Made by a program: the position numbers and the translations under genes. A DNA stretch of 63,896 nt, filler included, from Craspedostauros australis (Eukaryota): the NCBI GenBank assembly GCA_030167865.1. It is 16 parts of 16 records of this genome, joined end to end, with 100 filler letters (N's around TTAATTAATTAA, not from the genome) between each part and the next. Parts side by side here need not be neighbours in the genome. Positions count along the whole stretch, not along the records: positions 46,276 to 47,575 come from JALAGF010004930.1; positions 47,676 to 54,454 come from JALAGF010004931.1; positions 54,555 to 56,956 come from JALAGF010004932.1; positions 57,057 to 61,134 come from JALAGF010004933.1; 12 more parts are not named here. One strand, written 5' to 3'. The notes beneath the pieces are model-generated. The model saw only the letters and a program-made list of their open reading frames with translations, did not search any database and was not told where the DNA came from. Positions 46,176 to 58,265 of this stretch are shown here, in pieces (position 1 is the stretch's first letter; every line of letters begins with the position of its first letter).

Positions 46176-47938
46176 NNNNNNNNNNNNNNNNNNNNNNNNN
46201 NNNNNNNNNNNNNNNNNNNTTAATTAATTAANNNNNNNNNNNNNNNNNNNNNNNNNNNNNNNNNNNNNNNNNNNNGATGCATGAGATTGGCGTGCGGAGC
46301 GCACTCGACGTGGCTCGCAATGTGTACGCAATCAACGACATGCTGGAGAACAGCAACCTTACTCCGATCCAACAGACGCTGATTGGATACAGGAGTCGCA
46401 TGCAAGGGGTATGGACCGCACGAGTGAACCTGGTGATGACCAGGATCCTACTCACGATGAACGTGACATGGATGGATACGTCATGTGGGCAATCGAGTGT
46501 ATTGAGAATGCCAGCAGGTCAGTACTGACAGACCTGGGAGATGACGACTCTACTTCAGGGATGAGTACCCCAGATAGAAGAGTGACTTGGGAGCGACGTG
46601 CGGATACCATCCGAAGCATGGAGACCGACGACGCTGATGAGAGCAGAAGAGCCGGAGACGACACAGATACAGAAGACGCTGCTCGAGGGCAAGATGACTT
46701 GCTCCCTACCGAAGGGACGATGAGACGGGACGAGACGACTTGGTCGAGGACGCACCAAACACAGTCCCAATCGCAGAACCTGTCATGCACATGCCGAGGA
46801 TGCTGAGTGCTCTCGTGGGATACAACAATACACCCATCCGAAGGAGGAGCGAGAACTTAGATCAGGTGGAGAATCAGAATCAGAGAATGATGAGGGGTAT
46901 GAGACCACTCAAGAGATGACTACCACACCACCGGCGACAGGAGGACCCAACTTTCACACAGAAGGGTCAACAGTCAACAGAGATATCGCAGGCTTGATGA
47001 TTGGCACCACTCATGAGAAGATGAGCCTGGGTGACTTCATCGCCGCGAACCAAGCATTGAACTACATACAGAACGAAGAGGGATCCGAGCAACCAAATGT
47101 CGCAATGATGCTGGATCCGACCACAATTGACGAATGACGGGGTCATGTGGATCCCAAGAAGAGCAATGAATGGCACGAGGCCATGATGGTACGGTTCAGT
47201 GATATAGCCATTGCATGAGCATGGCAGATGATCAAGAAGAACCGGATGCCGAATGATCGGCGAGATACTACGAGCACAGATATGAGATCGGTGTGCGATG
47301 ACAATGAGATCGATGAGAGAGAGACACGAATCTGGAAAGGATACAGCTATGAGAGCGCGAGCCATGAACGGCGGATTCCAGATACAGTGAGCCAAGACGC
47401 ATCGATANACGATCAATGAGAGAGACGCGGGCATGTCGGATGAAGAATCGAATGACAGAGCCGGAAGGGAGGAACCTCAGATGAATGGAGGATGAATGGC
47501 AGGATGCCACCAACCACTCCCATGACGAAGAAGCTGCAGCATGATGAATCGATGCTATCCAGAAGAGGATGAAGGNNNNNNNNNNNNNNNNNNNNNNNNN
47601 NNNNNNNNNNNNNNNNNNNTTAATTAATTAANNNNNNNNNNNNNNNNNNNNNNNNNNNNNNNNNNNNNNNNNNNNCGATTACATTTCAAATCAAGAGGAG
47701 AAACTCCGGGTTGCAAAACGAACACAGACCAAAGCAATGAAGCAAAATCCATGCATAATCATACTCACATTGTATTCTAGTCTCTTAGTTACAAACACAT
47801 CTCTGAGTTACTAGTTGTCAACAGAGCCAGGCAGTATCCTCGTCCAAATACGGGCGAGTTCACTGCTGGAAAACAACAACGCTGCGTGATGTGCAGGCGG
47901 TATGGACACCATGCCAATTTTGCACTCACGTTGTGGGA

Positions 47939-50900
47939 TCAACCTGATGCATCCGTCAACACGGAAACATCATCGTCTTCATGGTCTTCTTCAAGACTAT
48001 GGCTTTGATGCATCGTGCCGCTATGATCGTTGGACATGTACGACATGCCGCCCCCTCTCCCGGAAACGCTGCCCTTCGCTGAACCCTGCATCCATTTGGT
48101 CTTGTGATCGTTCACATCCACTCCAGCCCGCCACTCTGATCGTCCATTACGTGACGATGATGCATCAGCCATGGACCCCGTTGTGTTGTGGATGTCAATA
48201 CCGACAACCCGTTGATGAGCATTCTTGTGGTCACCACCTTGATGCTGCGCTTCGCCACGCCCATCTCCAATGTCCAAGTACTTGGATCTGCGCTCTTGGA
48301 TATCTTTGACCTTGACAGAACATCCCCACTCTCTGTAGTATTGCACAGCTCGTGTCATGTACTTACGGATTGAGTCGCGGAGAGAGGTCTGCAAAGCGTA
48401 CATATCCGGGCTGGGCTTGGTGCGAGCGACTCTCCCGAGCGCTCGAATGAAGTGTTCGGCAGCCTGCTCGCATGCAATGGCGCAATAATGAGTCAACGAT
48501 GCCTGCTGGGCCACAACGATGGCCATAGCGTAGGCGTCTTCTGCGCGGCGGATAGTCCAGAGGTCAGATCCTGTGGCCTTCAGAGAGAGCCTCTCGGCCT
48601 TGAGCAACTGCAAGAGGCTCGTTGCATTGCTTCCCTTGTTGGCGACGAAGGCTCTGGCAAGGCCGATTTGCCGCTTCAGCTCCTTCTTGTGTTTGGCCTT
48701 GCCTGTGGCGAGATACAAGGCAGACGAGGACAGTCCTTGGGCGAGCATGACGGTCGTGTCGTAGCAATAGTTCTTGGAGTGATCTGGTAAACCATAGTAC
48801 AGCTTCGTCATTTGCTGTGCGAGTTCGTATTTGCGCAAGAGGATGGTCGGCACCAGCAAAGCAGGGTATCTCGCTAGCAACCGATTTGCGTCGCTGCCAC
48901 GTTTCTTCAGGTCCTGCTGTGTGTGTCCCTTGATGTCATCCCAATCGATTGGTTGGCCACCCGTCAAGTATTGCGACACCATCAATAATGCCACAGATGC
49001 GTCATCGTTCATTTTGATGTTGTAGACTTGGTATTGCTTGAGGACATTCTCCAGACTTCCCACCAAAGGCTGAAGCTTGCATCCAAAGTAAAACGCCAAC
49101 ACCTTGCTGCATTGAAGGTTCACCAGCCCCAACTCGAAGTTTCCAGATTCCATCCCAAGGGAATAGCCTTTCTCCAGGCCCTTGATGCATTTGCTATGGG
49201 GCTCGCTGCTTACGTAGATCGCTCCAGATGTGACCACATGAACCCAGCCAGCCTGTTCCGGCCCGCCTACGATTTGCAAGAGCTTGTGCGAAATACCAGC
49301 ACACCGCATCACCAAACTTCGATCTTCGCCGCAGATGTCGAAGATCATTCCCAGTGATGCGAACACCGGTGCAGACTCGGGACTGATCCCGTATCGCATG
49401 GTCGTGCGGGTCTGTTTCAGCGCTTGCACAAGCCATTGTATTGAATCACCGGTGAGAAAAGATCGGACGCCAATCTCACGGACGAATCGTACTGCCATCA
49501 GTATCTTTGGGTCCTGGAGGATGGGCAGATTCAGAATGTCCTCGTCCGTGTTGTTCTTGAGGAGGGCCTTCATCCACAGGAAATCATTCGCCACATGGAA
49601 AAGGTAAAAGCGTCTTGGGAACACGCCTAAATTCCGTGCTACCGATAAGCTGACGGAAAGAGACTCTGTCACCTTGTCCTCTCGTCCCAACGCTTGGGCC
49701 ATGACGAAGTAGGTCGGGAGCTTCTCATCCAGCGTCCGCGCCTTCTTGATGATGGCATTGCCAATGTTGTGGCCGGTCTCGAAGTTTCCCAACGATAGCT
49801 CCACCTCCGACCGGCATCGGAACAGCTCCAGACACAGATCATAATGATCCTCCCACGGATTGCGCACGCGTTGCAGCGCCACGGATGCCTTCTGCAGGTA
49901 GGCGGCCGCTGACGACAGCGCGGCCATCTGGAGTGCCTTCTGGCCGACTTCGAGGTTGAAGGTGACGAGGAACAGACGATCCTTGGTTGACATGCTGTTG
50001 AGATGATTGGCCGCAATGAAGAGCAGACTGTCAACGTCTCTGATGAGATGCTGCTGCTGTTGCTGCTGGTGATGATGGTGGCCTGCATGATTGGTGCCTG
50101 TAGGTCCTTCGGCATCATCGTGTCCCTTTTGATCTTCCTCTTGATCTTCGTCTTGATCAGCGATCAATGTCGCGGCTGCTGCTGCCGCTGCTGTCGTTTT
50201 GGACTTTCGGTATATGTCCAGGAGACAGTGACCGATCTGCAACCGGAGCTTGTTGCGGGCCTCACCAAAAGGAATCAACCCATGAGCTGCCTGCTGGACG
50301 CGATCATGTGCGAAGTGATACCGACTCTCACCGATGGAGTTCGTGCCAAGGCCCTCCAGAAGAGCCTTCTCCAGAACAGAGTGCAGCCGATCGATCGTCC
50401 ATGCGGAAGCTTCCGGTATGGTCATCTGCGCGACTCCTTCTGCTGTCACTCCTTCTCGTCCTCTTTGGAACATCATATCCAACCCGCCTTGATCATTCAC
50501 ATGCTGCAACACCACCTGCAGCACATGGATATCGAAGGTCGATCGAATGTAGGCCGCGACTGAAAGAGCATATTGGAGATCATGTGGTTGATCCTTGAGC
50601 TGCATCTCGATGATGGCCACGATGTTGTCACCGATGGGAAGATCATCACCGTCGCCGGTGGAGTGGCTCAGATCCCATTCCCATCTCTTGGAGGTGCGAT
50701 TGTGGAGGATGATGCCCCGTCTCTTGAGCTCTTCGATGGCCTGGAGCGTGAAGTAGACGTTGCCGTGTGTCTTGTTGTGGATCTTGGATACCAGCACCTT
50801 GAGGTCGTCGTCATCGCGGGATCGATGAAGGAGGTGAGACAGCCACTGGGTGCAGTCTGTCACGGATAAATCACCCAGGGTGATCTGCTCGAGTTGTTTG

Positions 50901-52249
50901 GTGCTCTGGTTGACATCGATGTTGCCATCGATGTTGACGTCATCCTGGGACAGCAGCCGGTCGAGGAACGATGTTTGCAAGGGTGCATATGGCGAGAGCT
51001 CCATCGCTTGATGGTTGTGAGGATCTGTCTCCTGTCGGATCACACCGAGCAACATGAAGTCGTTGAGACCAGTGTCGGTGAGAAGAGATGCCAGAAGCTC
51101 GAGTCCGGCTGCGGATGACCATTGCAGATCGTCAATGAAGACATAGACGGGTCGTTGTGGAGTGGAGATGGCCTTCATGAATTGGATGAAGATGTAGCAG
51201 AGGCGGTTCCATGCACTCTGGGAGTTAGCTGTGGCTGCGTTGTCACTGGTATCTCCGCCAACGTCAACGCCAACGCTAGCTACCTCCGACGTGGCGTGGC
51301 CAAGCACGCTGTTGGTGGATACGGATCCATTGCTCAGGTCATTGTTGGATGTGGCACGCTGCACGCTTCTCTTTGATGGAGTTGATCTGCCGGTCATGAC
51401 ACTCGAGGATGATCCCACAGTGTCGGAGACCAGCACAGATAGAGATGGGACGACCGCGATCAAAGCTGCCATGGCCGAGTGGGTCTGAGCCGGAGTGCCG
51501 ATGTGCGTCTGGCTGACCGAGTCGTTGTGAGTAATGTTGTCTTGGTCTTGGTCGGCGACGTCGGTGTCTGCGGCGAATGCATTTTGTACGCATCGTCGCA
51601 CTCGCTCGAGCTCATCAGCAGATCCTTGCTTGAGCTGAGTCGCGAAGTCATCGAGTGCTTGGATGATGGCGGAGAATGGATCCTTGCTGCCTGTGTACTC
51701 GTCGTACTTTCCACGCATCACGTAGCAGCAGGAGCATCGTTGTTGTGCCTGCTGCGGATCTTGGTTCTCATCTGAGTGCTTGTTTGACTGGTCTCTGACC
51801 CCGCAGGAGCAGCACGTTTGATTGAGAAAGTGCTCAATGAGCAGGGACTTGCCTGTTCCGCTTGTTCCCCAAACCAAGGCAGCTGGGAAGATGGGTTGGT
51901 CGTCGTGGATGCGCTGTCGGATGTTGCGCAGATGGCGCAGCTCTTCATCTCTTCCGAAGAAGAAGAAGTCGTTGGTAGGCTGATCCGGGACGTGCGGAAG
52001 CATCGCCGCGGAAGTGGACGAAGACACGGAATCTGTTTCCTCAGTCTCGTTCGACTTGGGAGCCGGGAGTTGGGGAATCGATAGGGTGATAGTGGAGCTG
52101 GCCTCCGTTGTCGTTGTCTGGTGTGGAGTGTCGGCTGAAGACGACTCCGCACATGCAGAGCTATCATAGGTGTTGCCCATGTTGGCCTTCATGGTGGTAC
52201 TAGTATTGAACTCAGTGTTGGCGGTGCTCTTGGCTTTATCAGTGTTCAT
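47939..52249 (-). CDS. Large STAND-class/AAA_16-like P-loop ATPase with helical (TPR-like) C-terminus
   Basis: FFGRDEEL, Walker A GTSGTGKS, GKYDE...PFSAI, Walker B VFIDDLQW, THGNVYF and YHFAHDRVQQAA. One open frame of ~1440 aa; the first ATG is at 52249, while the ORF track starts at a GTG at 52339. Confidence 0.88.
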   Translation of the reverse strand: MNTDKAKSTANTEFNTSTTMKANMGNTYDSSACAESSSADTPHQTTTTEASSTITLSIPQLPAPKSNETEETDSVSSSTSAAMLPHVPDQPTNDFFFFGRDEELRHLRNIRQRIHDDQPIFPAALVWGTSGTGKSLLIEHFLNQTCCSCGVRDQSNKHSDENQDPQQAQQRCSCCYVMRGKYDEYTGSKDPFSAIIQALDDFATQLKQGSADELERVRRCVQNAFAADTDVADQDQDNITHNDSVSQTHIGTPAQTHSAMAALIAVVPSLSVLVSDTVGSSSSVMTGRSTPSKRSVQRATSNNDLSNGSVSTNSVLGHATSEVASVGVDVGGDTSDNAATANSQSAWNRLCYIFIQFMKAISTPQRPVYVFIDDLQWSSAAGLELLASLLTDTGLNDFMLLGVIRQETDPHNHQAMELSPYAPLQTSFLDRLLSQDDVNIDGNIDVNQSTKQLEQITLGDLSVTDCTQWLSHLLHRSRDDDDLKVLVSKIHNKTHGNVYFTLQAIEELKRRGIILHNRTSKRWEWDLSHSTGDGDDLPIGDNIVAIIEMQLKDQPHDLQYALSVAAYIRSTFDIHVLQVVLQHVNDQGGLDMMFQRGREGVTAEGVAQMTIPEASAWTIDRLHSVLEKALLEGLGTNSIGESRYHFAHDRVQQAAHGLIPFGEARNKLRLQIGHCLLDIYRKSKTTAAAAAAATLIADQDEDQEEDQKGHDDAEGPTGTNHAGHHHHQQQQQQHLIRDVDSLLFIAANHLNSMSTKDRLFLVTFNLEVGQKALQMAALSSAAAYLQKASVALQRVRNPWEDHYDLCLELFRCRSEVELSLGNFETGHNIGNAIIKKARTLDEKLPTYFVMAQALGREDKVTESLSVSLSVARNLGVFPRRFYLFHVANDFLWMKALLKNNTDEDILNLPILQDPKILMAVRFVREIGVRSFLTGDSIQWLVQALKQTRTTMRYGISPESAPVFASLGMIFDICGEDRSLVMRCAGISHKLLQIVGGPEQAGWVHVVTSGAIYVSSEPHSKCIKGLEKGYSLGMESGNFELGLVNLQCSKVLAFYFGCKLQPLVGSLENVLKQYQVYNIKMNDDASVALLMVSQYLTGGQPIDWDDIKGHTQQDLKKRGSDANRLLARYPALLVPTILLRKYELAQQMTKLYYGLPDHSKNYCYDTTVMLAQGLSSSALYLATGKAKHKKELKRQIGLARAFVANKGSNATSLLQLLKAERLSLKATGSDLWTIRRAEDAYAMAIVVAQQASLTHYCAIACEQAAEHFIRALGRVARTKPSPDMYALQTSLRDSIRKYMTRAVQYYREWGCSVKVKDIQERRSKYLDIGDGRGEAQHQGGDHKNAHQRVVGIDIHNTTGSMADASSSRNGRSEWRAGVDVNDHKTKWMQGSAKGSVSGRGGGMSYMSNDHSGTMHQSHSLEEDHEDDDVSVLTDASG

Positions 52250-52391
52250 TTTATGACATGCATAATCGTGCCTTTGTTGGTGGCGCTGTGGGTGCTGATG
52301 CTGGAGACGTGATGCATTTGGCGGCGTGTGATGAACCACCGACCCCAGTGAAGGAGCGATGTCATGACGGCCACCCGCGAGAGTGATGATG

Positions 52392-52932
52392 CCAAACCAG
52401 GATGCATGTGAAACGGTTAAATCGGCGTTACAACGTGGACACAGGTGTCAACCAATCAGGTAGCAACAGCCACGTAACTCAGCGTGCAAGAAGGTCTCCA
52501 TAACACTCATAATCTGCGTTCTTACGCTTTCACAACTCTTTTGGGTTTCATGCGTGTAATAACTTGGTTTATCATTCTCATCCGCTCAATAGAGCACGCG
52601 TTAACACGAGGGACTGCCTGAAGAGGCATCGAACATACTGGGGCACCGCTCTGAGGCTGAACCGTCATCAGCTGGCACGGCTTGTATTGTGCTGTACCTC
52701 CTTTGACCATGATGTTCTGACACATGATGGCCGGTGTCAGAGGGGTACAATCCTACCGTTCGCTTTCGCGCGGTTGGGGTGACAATGGTGGACGCACCTA
52801 CCGTAGGCCATACGGGGATTCCTACGAGGGCACTTGCTGTTTCTCTCAGCATGGGATCGTGTGAAATTCACCGACCCTGTGCTCCTCACCGTGGATCAAC
52901 ACCATGACTTAACACGCAGAATCCCCTTTTGG
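52392..52932 (+). repeat. Putative 5' LTR bounded by CCAAA...TTTGG
   Basis: The start CCAAAC(N7)CATGTGAAACGGTTAAA matches the sequence after the PPT at 56542, and it lies directly upstream of a gag ORF. Confidence 0.5.
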
Positions 52933-53048
52933 ACGAAACACACGTCGTCCCAGTGTGTGTCTGTCAACAACAAAACTCGTTCTCTTTTTCTCGTTTTTCT
53001 TTTCACATCATCATTGTCATACTCACTCTCACACACAGCAACAACAAC

Positions 53049-54454
53049 ATGGCTGTTCCAACTATCAACAACAACAAGATCAAGTTCTACATTCAAGGTG
53101 TTCTGAACATCACCAGTGAAGAGATTGCTGGTGCTTTGTTCGAGCAAGGCTTGATGAGCTTCGATGGTCTCCTCTCACTCACAGACAATGACCTTTGCAA
53201 ACTGTGCAAACGCATTTGCGTAGGCAGTGGGCTGATCGATAACCCTGCCTACAAGGGAGGCAAAACATCTGTACCATCCCAGATCAAGGATCCAGGAACC
53301 ACCATCGGGTGGCTCCACGAGCTCAGACTGCGTCAACTCCGTTATGCTCGGTTTCATTTTCATCGCATTCAACGTCCATTCTCTGCCATGGAAGCACCCA
53401 TGGATCGCCTTTTGGCTCTGTGGGAACTGTTCCTCGAAGAGAAACGCATCAAGGACGCACCGGCGATGGACATGCCCGATCAGCTCACCAGGGTTGAGAA
53501 CGTACGAGACAGTCTGGAGGACATCCAGAATTACTTGGACAGCACGCTTGGTGCTATCGATGCTCCGCTGGCGTACATCATCCGAGAGGACATCCGCAAA
53601 CCAGAAGATCGAACACCACCCATCCATACCGGATTTGGTGTGCCATCCATGCAAGAAGAACTCGTCGATAGAGCACTCCATGAAGGGGTGAAATACCATG
53701 CAGACAATGCGGCTGTATGGCAAGTCATTCGACACGTGACACATGGTGGTCCGGCATGGGCTTGGGTCCAAGGGTATGAACGTACCAGGAACGGTCGCTC
53801 CGCATACATCGCTCTGAAAGAGCACTACCACGGGGACTCGTTCCAAGCGCGGACAAAGGCAGCGGCCTCACGCACCATTGCCACACTATTCTATGACGGC
53901 AAAGCACGTCACTTCCCATTCGAGAAATACGCACAAACGATGAACTCTGCTTTTGAGGATATGTCCAAGTGCGGCGAACCTTTGGTGGAAGCCGCCAAGG
54001 TCCGCCACCTCATTACCGGGATTCGTGATCAGCGTCTTGCCAATGCTTGTGACTCCATCATGATGAACAAATCCATTGCCCTCAATTTCCAGACAACCGT
54101 CAACACTCTCAGCGAAGTCCTTGATCGCAAACAATCCACCACGTCCGCACGCAACATTGGATCAATGGGAAGAGGCAAGGGTGGTCGCGGCAACCGCAAC
54201 AATGCATCCAACAAAGGAGGTCGCGGAGGTCAAGGCAAGGCAAAGAAGTATGACCCCAACATGGTCATCACAGACCGCCACTACACACCAGAAGAGTGGT
54301 CTGTCATGTCGGCCGCTCAGAGGTCCAAGGCAATTGAGATGCGCCAAGAGCGAGATAAGCGTCGTGGGGTCATGGTTGTGGGTAGGAATACGTCGTCCAA
54401 ACGTCCCAAAGAGGACAAGGACGATTCTTACCAACCACCAGCGACATCCGGCAC
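53049..54454 (+). mobile_element. Copia gag (diatom CoDi-like), 3' truncated
   Basis: APLAYIIRE, DNAAVW, RNGRSAYIALKEHYHG, YDGKARHFPFEKY, KVRHLITGI and a G/R/K-rich tail with YTPEEW. Confidence 0.8.
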
Positions 54455-54554
54455 NNNNNNNNNNNNNNNNNNNNNNNNNNNNNNNNNNNNNNNNNNNNTT
54501 AATTAATTAANNNNNNNNNNNNNNNNNNNNNNNNNNNNNNNNNNNNNNNNNNNN

Positions 54555-55328
54555 CTACGATCGTGGAAGATGGTGTTGGTTGATAGTCGTCTGTTTGCTA
54601 TTTCATTACTTGGCTACTCCGATGCTCTTGGTGTACGCTGTTCTCTTGCCCGATGCTCTCGGCACTTCAATCTGTTTCGTAGATTCGGTCTCCGACTATG
54701 AGTCGGTACGTGAGATGCTCTCTCGCTCCTCTCTGTATTCTCTCTCTCTCTCTCTCTCAACATCATGTGCTTGTACTACACGATACTCCGTATTCGATGC
54801 GTGCTCCGCATTTGACACTCTGTTCATTCAGTACTGGTTCCTACTCCATGAGTACTTACCATTTGAAGTTCACCTTCAGTATCCATGATGCTGATCCTCN
54901 TNGGTCATCGGATCTTCGCCTCCTGCTCTGACTTGGAGACAGATGTCGACGTGGTGACATGTTGACATCCTGTCGACGTCAGTAGGCGTCCTTCTGCTGT
55001 CTAGATGTCATGTTCCATTGGTGATGCAGCAGCCTGTCAGATGATATCGTCATCTGAGGTTTAGTTGGGAAGTACCTTGAGATTCTCTTGGTACCATTGA
55101 TGGATGGACGGACGATNNNNNNNNNNNNNNNNNNNNNNNNNNNNNNNNNNNNNNNNNNNNNNNNNNNNNNNNNNNNGTGTGTTCCATTTCCCCTGTAATT
55201 CTGACGAATCACAGCATACTATCGACACGAGTATAGTTATACCGTCCAGGTGCGTATGAGAGAATAGCGGGTGAACGATGCACATATACACGTACATCTC
55301 GACATATACTCACATGTACATCTCGACA
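54555..55328 (-). mobile_element. Most of a family A LTR (TGTCGAGATG start) inserted into a copia RT
   Basis: Collinear with the 16128-16879 LTR, with a terminus near-identical to 2227-2308. Confidence 0.85.
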
Positions 55329-56371
55329 AGCGCATCCTAGATGCAATCAGCTCACACTTCTTCCTCAAACCGAGTTCCATCGGCCCTCCTACAACTTTCC
55401 TCGGCTCCACTATCGCGCCATACCACATTGACTCTGATGCAACACGTCCGAAATGGAGCATGGGATCACTGGCGTACATACGAGCCGCGATCAAGATCGT
55501 GACGAAATGGCTCACAGACCGACAGGGACGACTGAAGACGAAAGCACCCAGTGTAATACCAAACAACTATCGACCCGAATTGGATGCAACACCGTTGTGC
55601 GACGCAGAAGAGATGGCGTTCTACCAGCAACTGATTGGGATCCTGTGTTGGACCGTTGAACTGGGTCGAATCGACATATGCTGTGAAACATCAATGATGT
55701 CCTCCTATTGTGCTGCGCTACGTACGGGTCACCTACGGACGCTCTTCCACATGTTTGCCTATTTGAACTCACACGATCGTTCCCGTCTTGTCTTTGATGA
55801 TGCATACGTTGACAAACCCGCTGTGATACAACCGGAGTGGGGCGACTTCTATTCCGACGCCCACGAACAGATACCGAATGACATGCCACCACCACGCGGA
55901 AAAGAGGTCCAGATGACTTGCTTCGTTGATGCTGACCATGCCGGTGACCGGGTAACACGACGATCGCGCACCGGAGTCCTACTGTACCTGAACTCATCAC
56001 CCATCCTATGGCACAGCAAGAAACAAAACAGCATCGAGACGTCCACGTTCGGCAGCGAGTTCACCGCGCTCAAGGTAGTGACAGAGATCGTTGTCGGGAT
56101 GCGTTACAAATTGTGTATGATGGGCGTCCCAATGGACGGCCCGACGGACATGCGCGTCGACAACCAGAGCGTCGTGTACAACGCCTCACTCCCCGCATCA
56201 CAGCTACGAAAGAAAGCCAACTCAATTGCATATCACTTCGTCCGAGAAAGCATCGCGGCGGGTGTGATGACCGTCTCACATGCGCCATCAGAGACCAACC
56301 TCGCTGACATGCTCACGAAGCCACAATGAGGACCAAGACGGACAGCCCAGGCACAATGCGTCTTATTCTAA
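55329..56371 (+). pseudogene. Copia RT C-terminus and RNase H with a late premature stop
   Basis: ELGRIDI, FVDADHAGDRVTRRSRTG, ETSTFGSEF, VDNQSV and NLADMLTKP. TGA at 56327, and the frame continues to TAA at 56371. Confidence 0.9.
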
Positions 56372-56541
56372 CACACAGACTGCGCGACAGTACCCATGGA
56401 TGGCCGGCCACGGATTCAATCCGTGGTGGATGGGATGAGCGCCCTGTGGTGCCCACGCATGGGGCATGCAGCAGGTACATACCATATGAAGCAGAAATGT
56501 GACGATCCGACAGTCAGCAAAGCCACAGCGAATCGAGGGGA

Positions 56542-56863
56542 CCAAACAGAGATACATGTGAAACGGTTAAAACGGGATTAACATGCGAACACGGGCATCG
56601 CCCAACCACGGGAGGCTGGAGTACTCTCTGACGATCCTACACGACCCTATAACCCTTATAATCTGCATCCTTTGGGTTTGCAACCCTCAATACCAATGCA
56701 TGTGTGTGTTAACTTGGATCCAACGGCTGAAGATCACACTGTTTGTTGTTGGGTGGGATATACGGTAAATAAAATATATATCTCACTTTCTGCGGACGTC
56801 TTTCTCATCGTCACAGCACATGTTGGAAGGAGTATCGACGCAACGCTCAAACGGAGCCTTTGG
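56542..56863 (+). repeat. Putative 3' LTR (CCAAA...TTTGG) after purine tract GAGGGGA
   Basis: Downstream of RNase H and shares its start with 52392. The right boundary is inferred. Confidence 0.45.
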
Positions 56864-57056
56864 AGGCCGCTGGTGGATACGATTACAGTGTACAGTAGAG
56901 AGGTGTGTACTCGCATGGCATTGCCCTCCGACCGACCTCTTCTGCTACTCGTACTTNNNNNNNNNNNNNNNNNNNNNNNNNNNNNNNNNNNNNNNNNNNN
57001 TTAATTAATTAANNNNNNNNNNNNNNNNNNNNNNNNNNNNNNNNNNNNNNNNNNNN

Positions 57057-57411
57057 GTTGTCTGCGCACAACAAGGAGTGATTGGTGTTCATGAGAGGGA
57101 AGTGAGGAAAGAAAAACAGAGTTTGAGAAGTGATGCACCACACACACATGAACATCACCGGAGAGACCAGCACCATCGTTGCACTCCAACTTACCAAAAA
57201 AGATCTTATTTTGTAGCAGCTGTGACTTAATCTCCTTCCATCCTGCAGCAAAGTTCTTGCATGGGTATTTTGTCAGAAATGCGAAATGCTGCTGCAGTCT
57301 GCGTGCTTCCCAAAACCAGAGAGTGCTGTCCTTTGAAAGCTCGTAGATGAGCTGCCTGGCATCCCCACCCTTCTTCATGAAGCGTGGATTATTTTCCTTC
57401 TTTCGTGGCAT
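57057..57411 (-). CDS. Short unknown ORF (MPRKKENNPRF...), truncated or spliced
   Basis: Open frame running to the contig end, with only weak resemblance to the 39466-39944 repeat unit. Confidence 0.25.
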
Positions 57412-58265
57412 GATGAATGCTGCAAGATTGTTTTTGTGATGGAAGACTGCCCAATTTGCAATGCCCAAACAACCCAAAGCTCTACATCTCCGTGCTTGAG
57501 GGGTGGCATTGGCGCGAACCGAGACAGAGCCAACCATACAAAAGCCAAATATCAGTGTTCCAACACCATCACATCACATCCCTACTGCCATGGAGGGCAG
57601 GCCTACACCGCCCTCTCGATCTTCCCAACAACGATGAATCCACTGTTATCTGTAGATAGAAGAATCACAACATACCAGCCGTACTGGCGTAACGTGATGC
57701 TCGTTGGTTCCAGGACGGGAGAAATAGTCCCGTCCAGGGAGGAGCAACATCACAATTGTCCGCGACCTGGACTACATGACAGCGCATGTATCGTCCAACA
57801 GCGATGAAGGGAGTGTGCGAAACAAACAAACAACCAAAAACGGCATTGCGGAGTATGTATGGGATTGTGCAATTGTGCCAAGCGGTAGCTAGTGCCTCTA
57901 TTGGGGCTTTGATCTACACAAACGCATTTATCGCCCTCTATCGGCATGGTAAATGCGAAAAGATTCATCTCTGCTTCCAAAGTACTCAAACGAGGTAGGA
58001 TTTGGACTCTTGGGTCATACTCGCACATAACTCTGTTTCTCCCAAAAGGCGCAGATGGCATTTTGCGAATGCAAGGTAGAGGGAGAGGCGGTACTATCTG
58101 TCAGAGTGGAACCAGTCATCTGCTGTCTATGTCGAAAGCATGTTCATGATGTATTGATCATTGACAAAGAGTAAACAATACTCTACACTAAGCTCCACCA
58201 TGTGATAAAGTATACTCTGTTCTGCAATGATTATAATAACTGTGTTAACGCAGGTTTACTCAGCG

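Noticed and set aside
41504..54454. A multi-gene defence island linking the YR/RT element, methyltransferase and STAND ATPase
   Set aside because: These lie on different contigs separated by linkers at 46220 and 47620, so there is no evidence of physical linkage.
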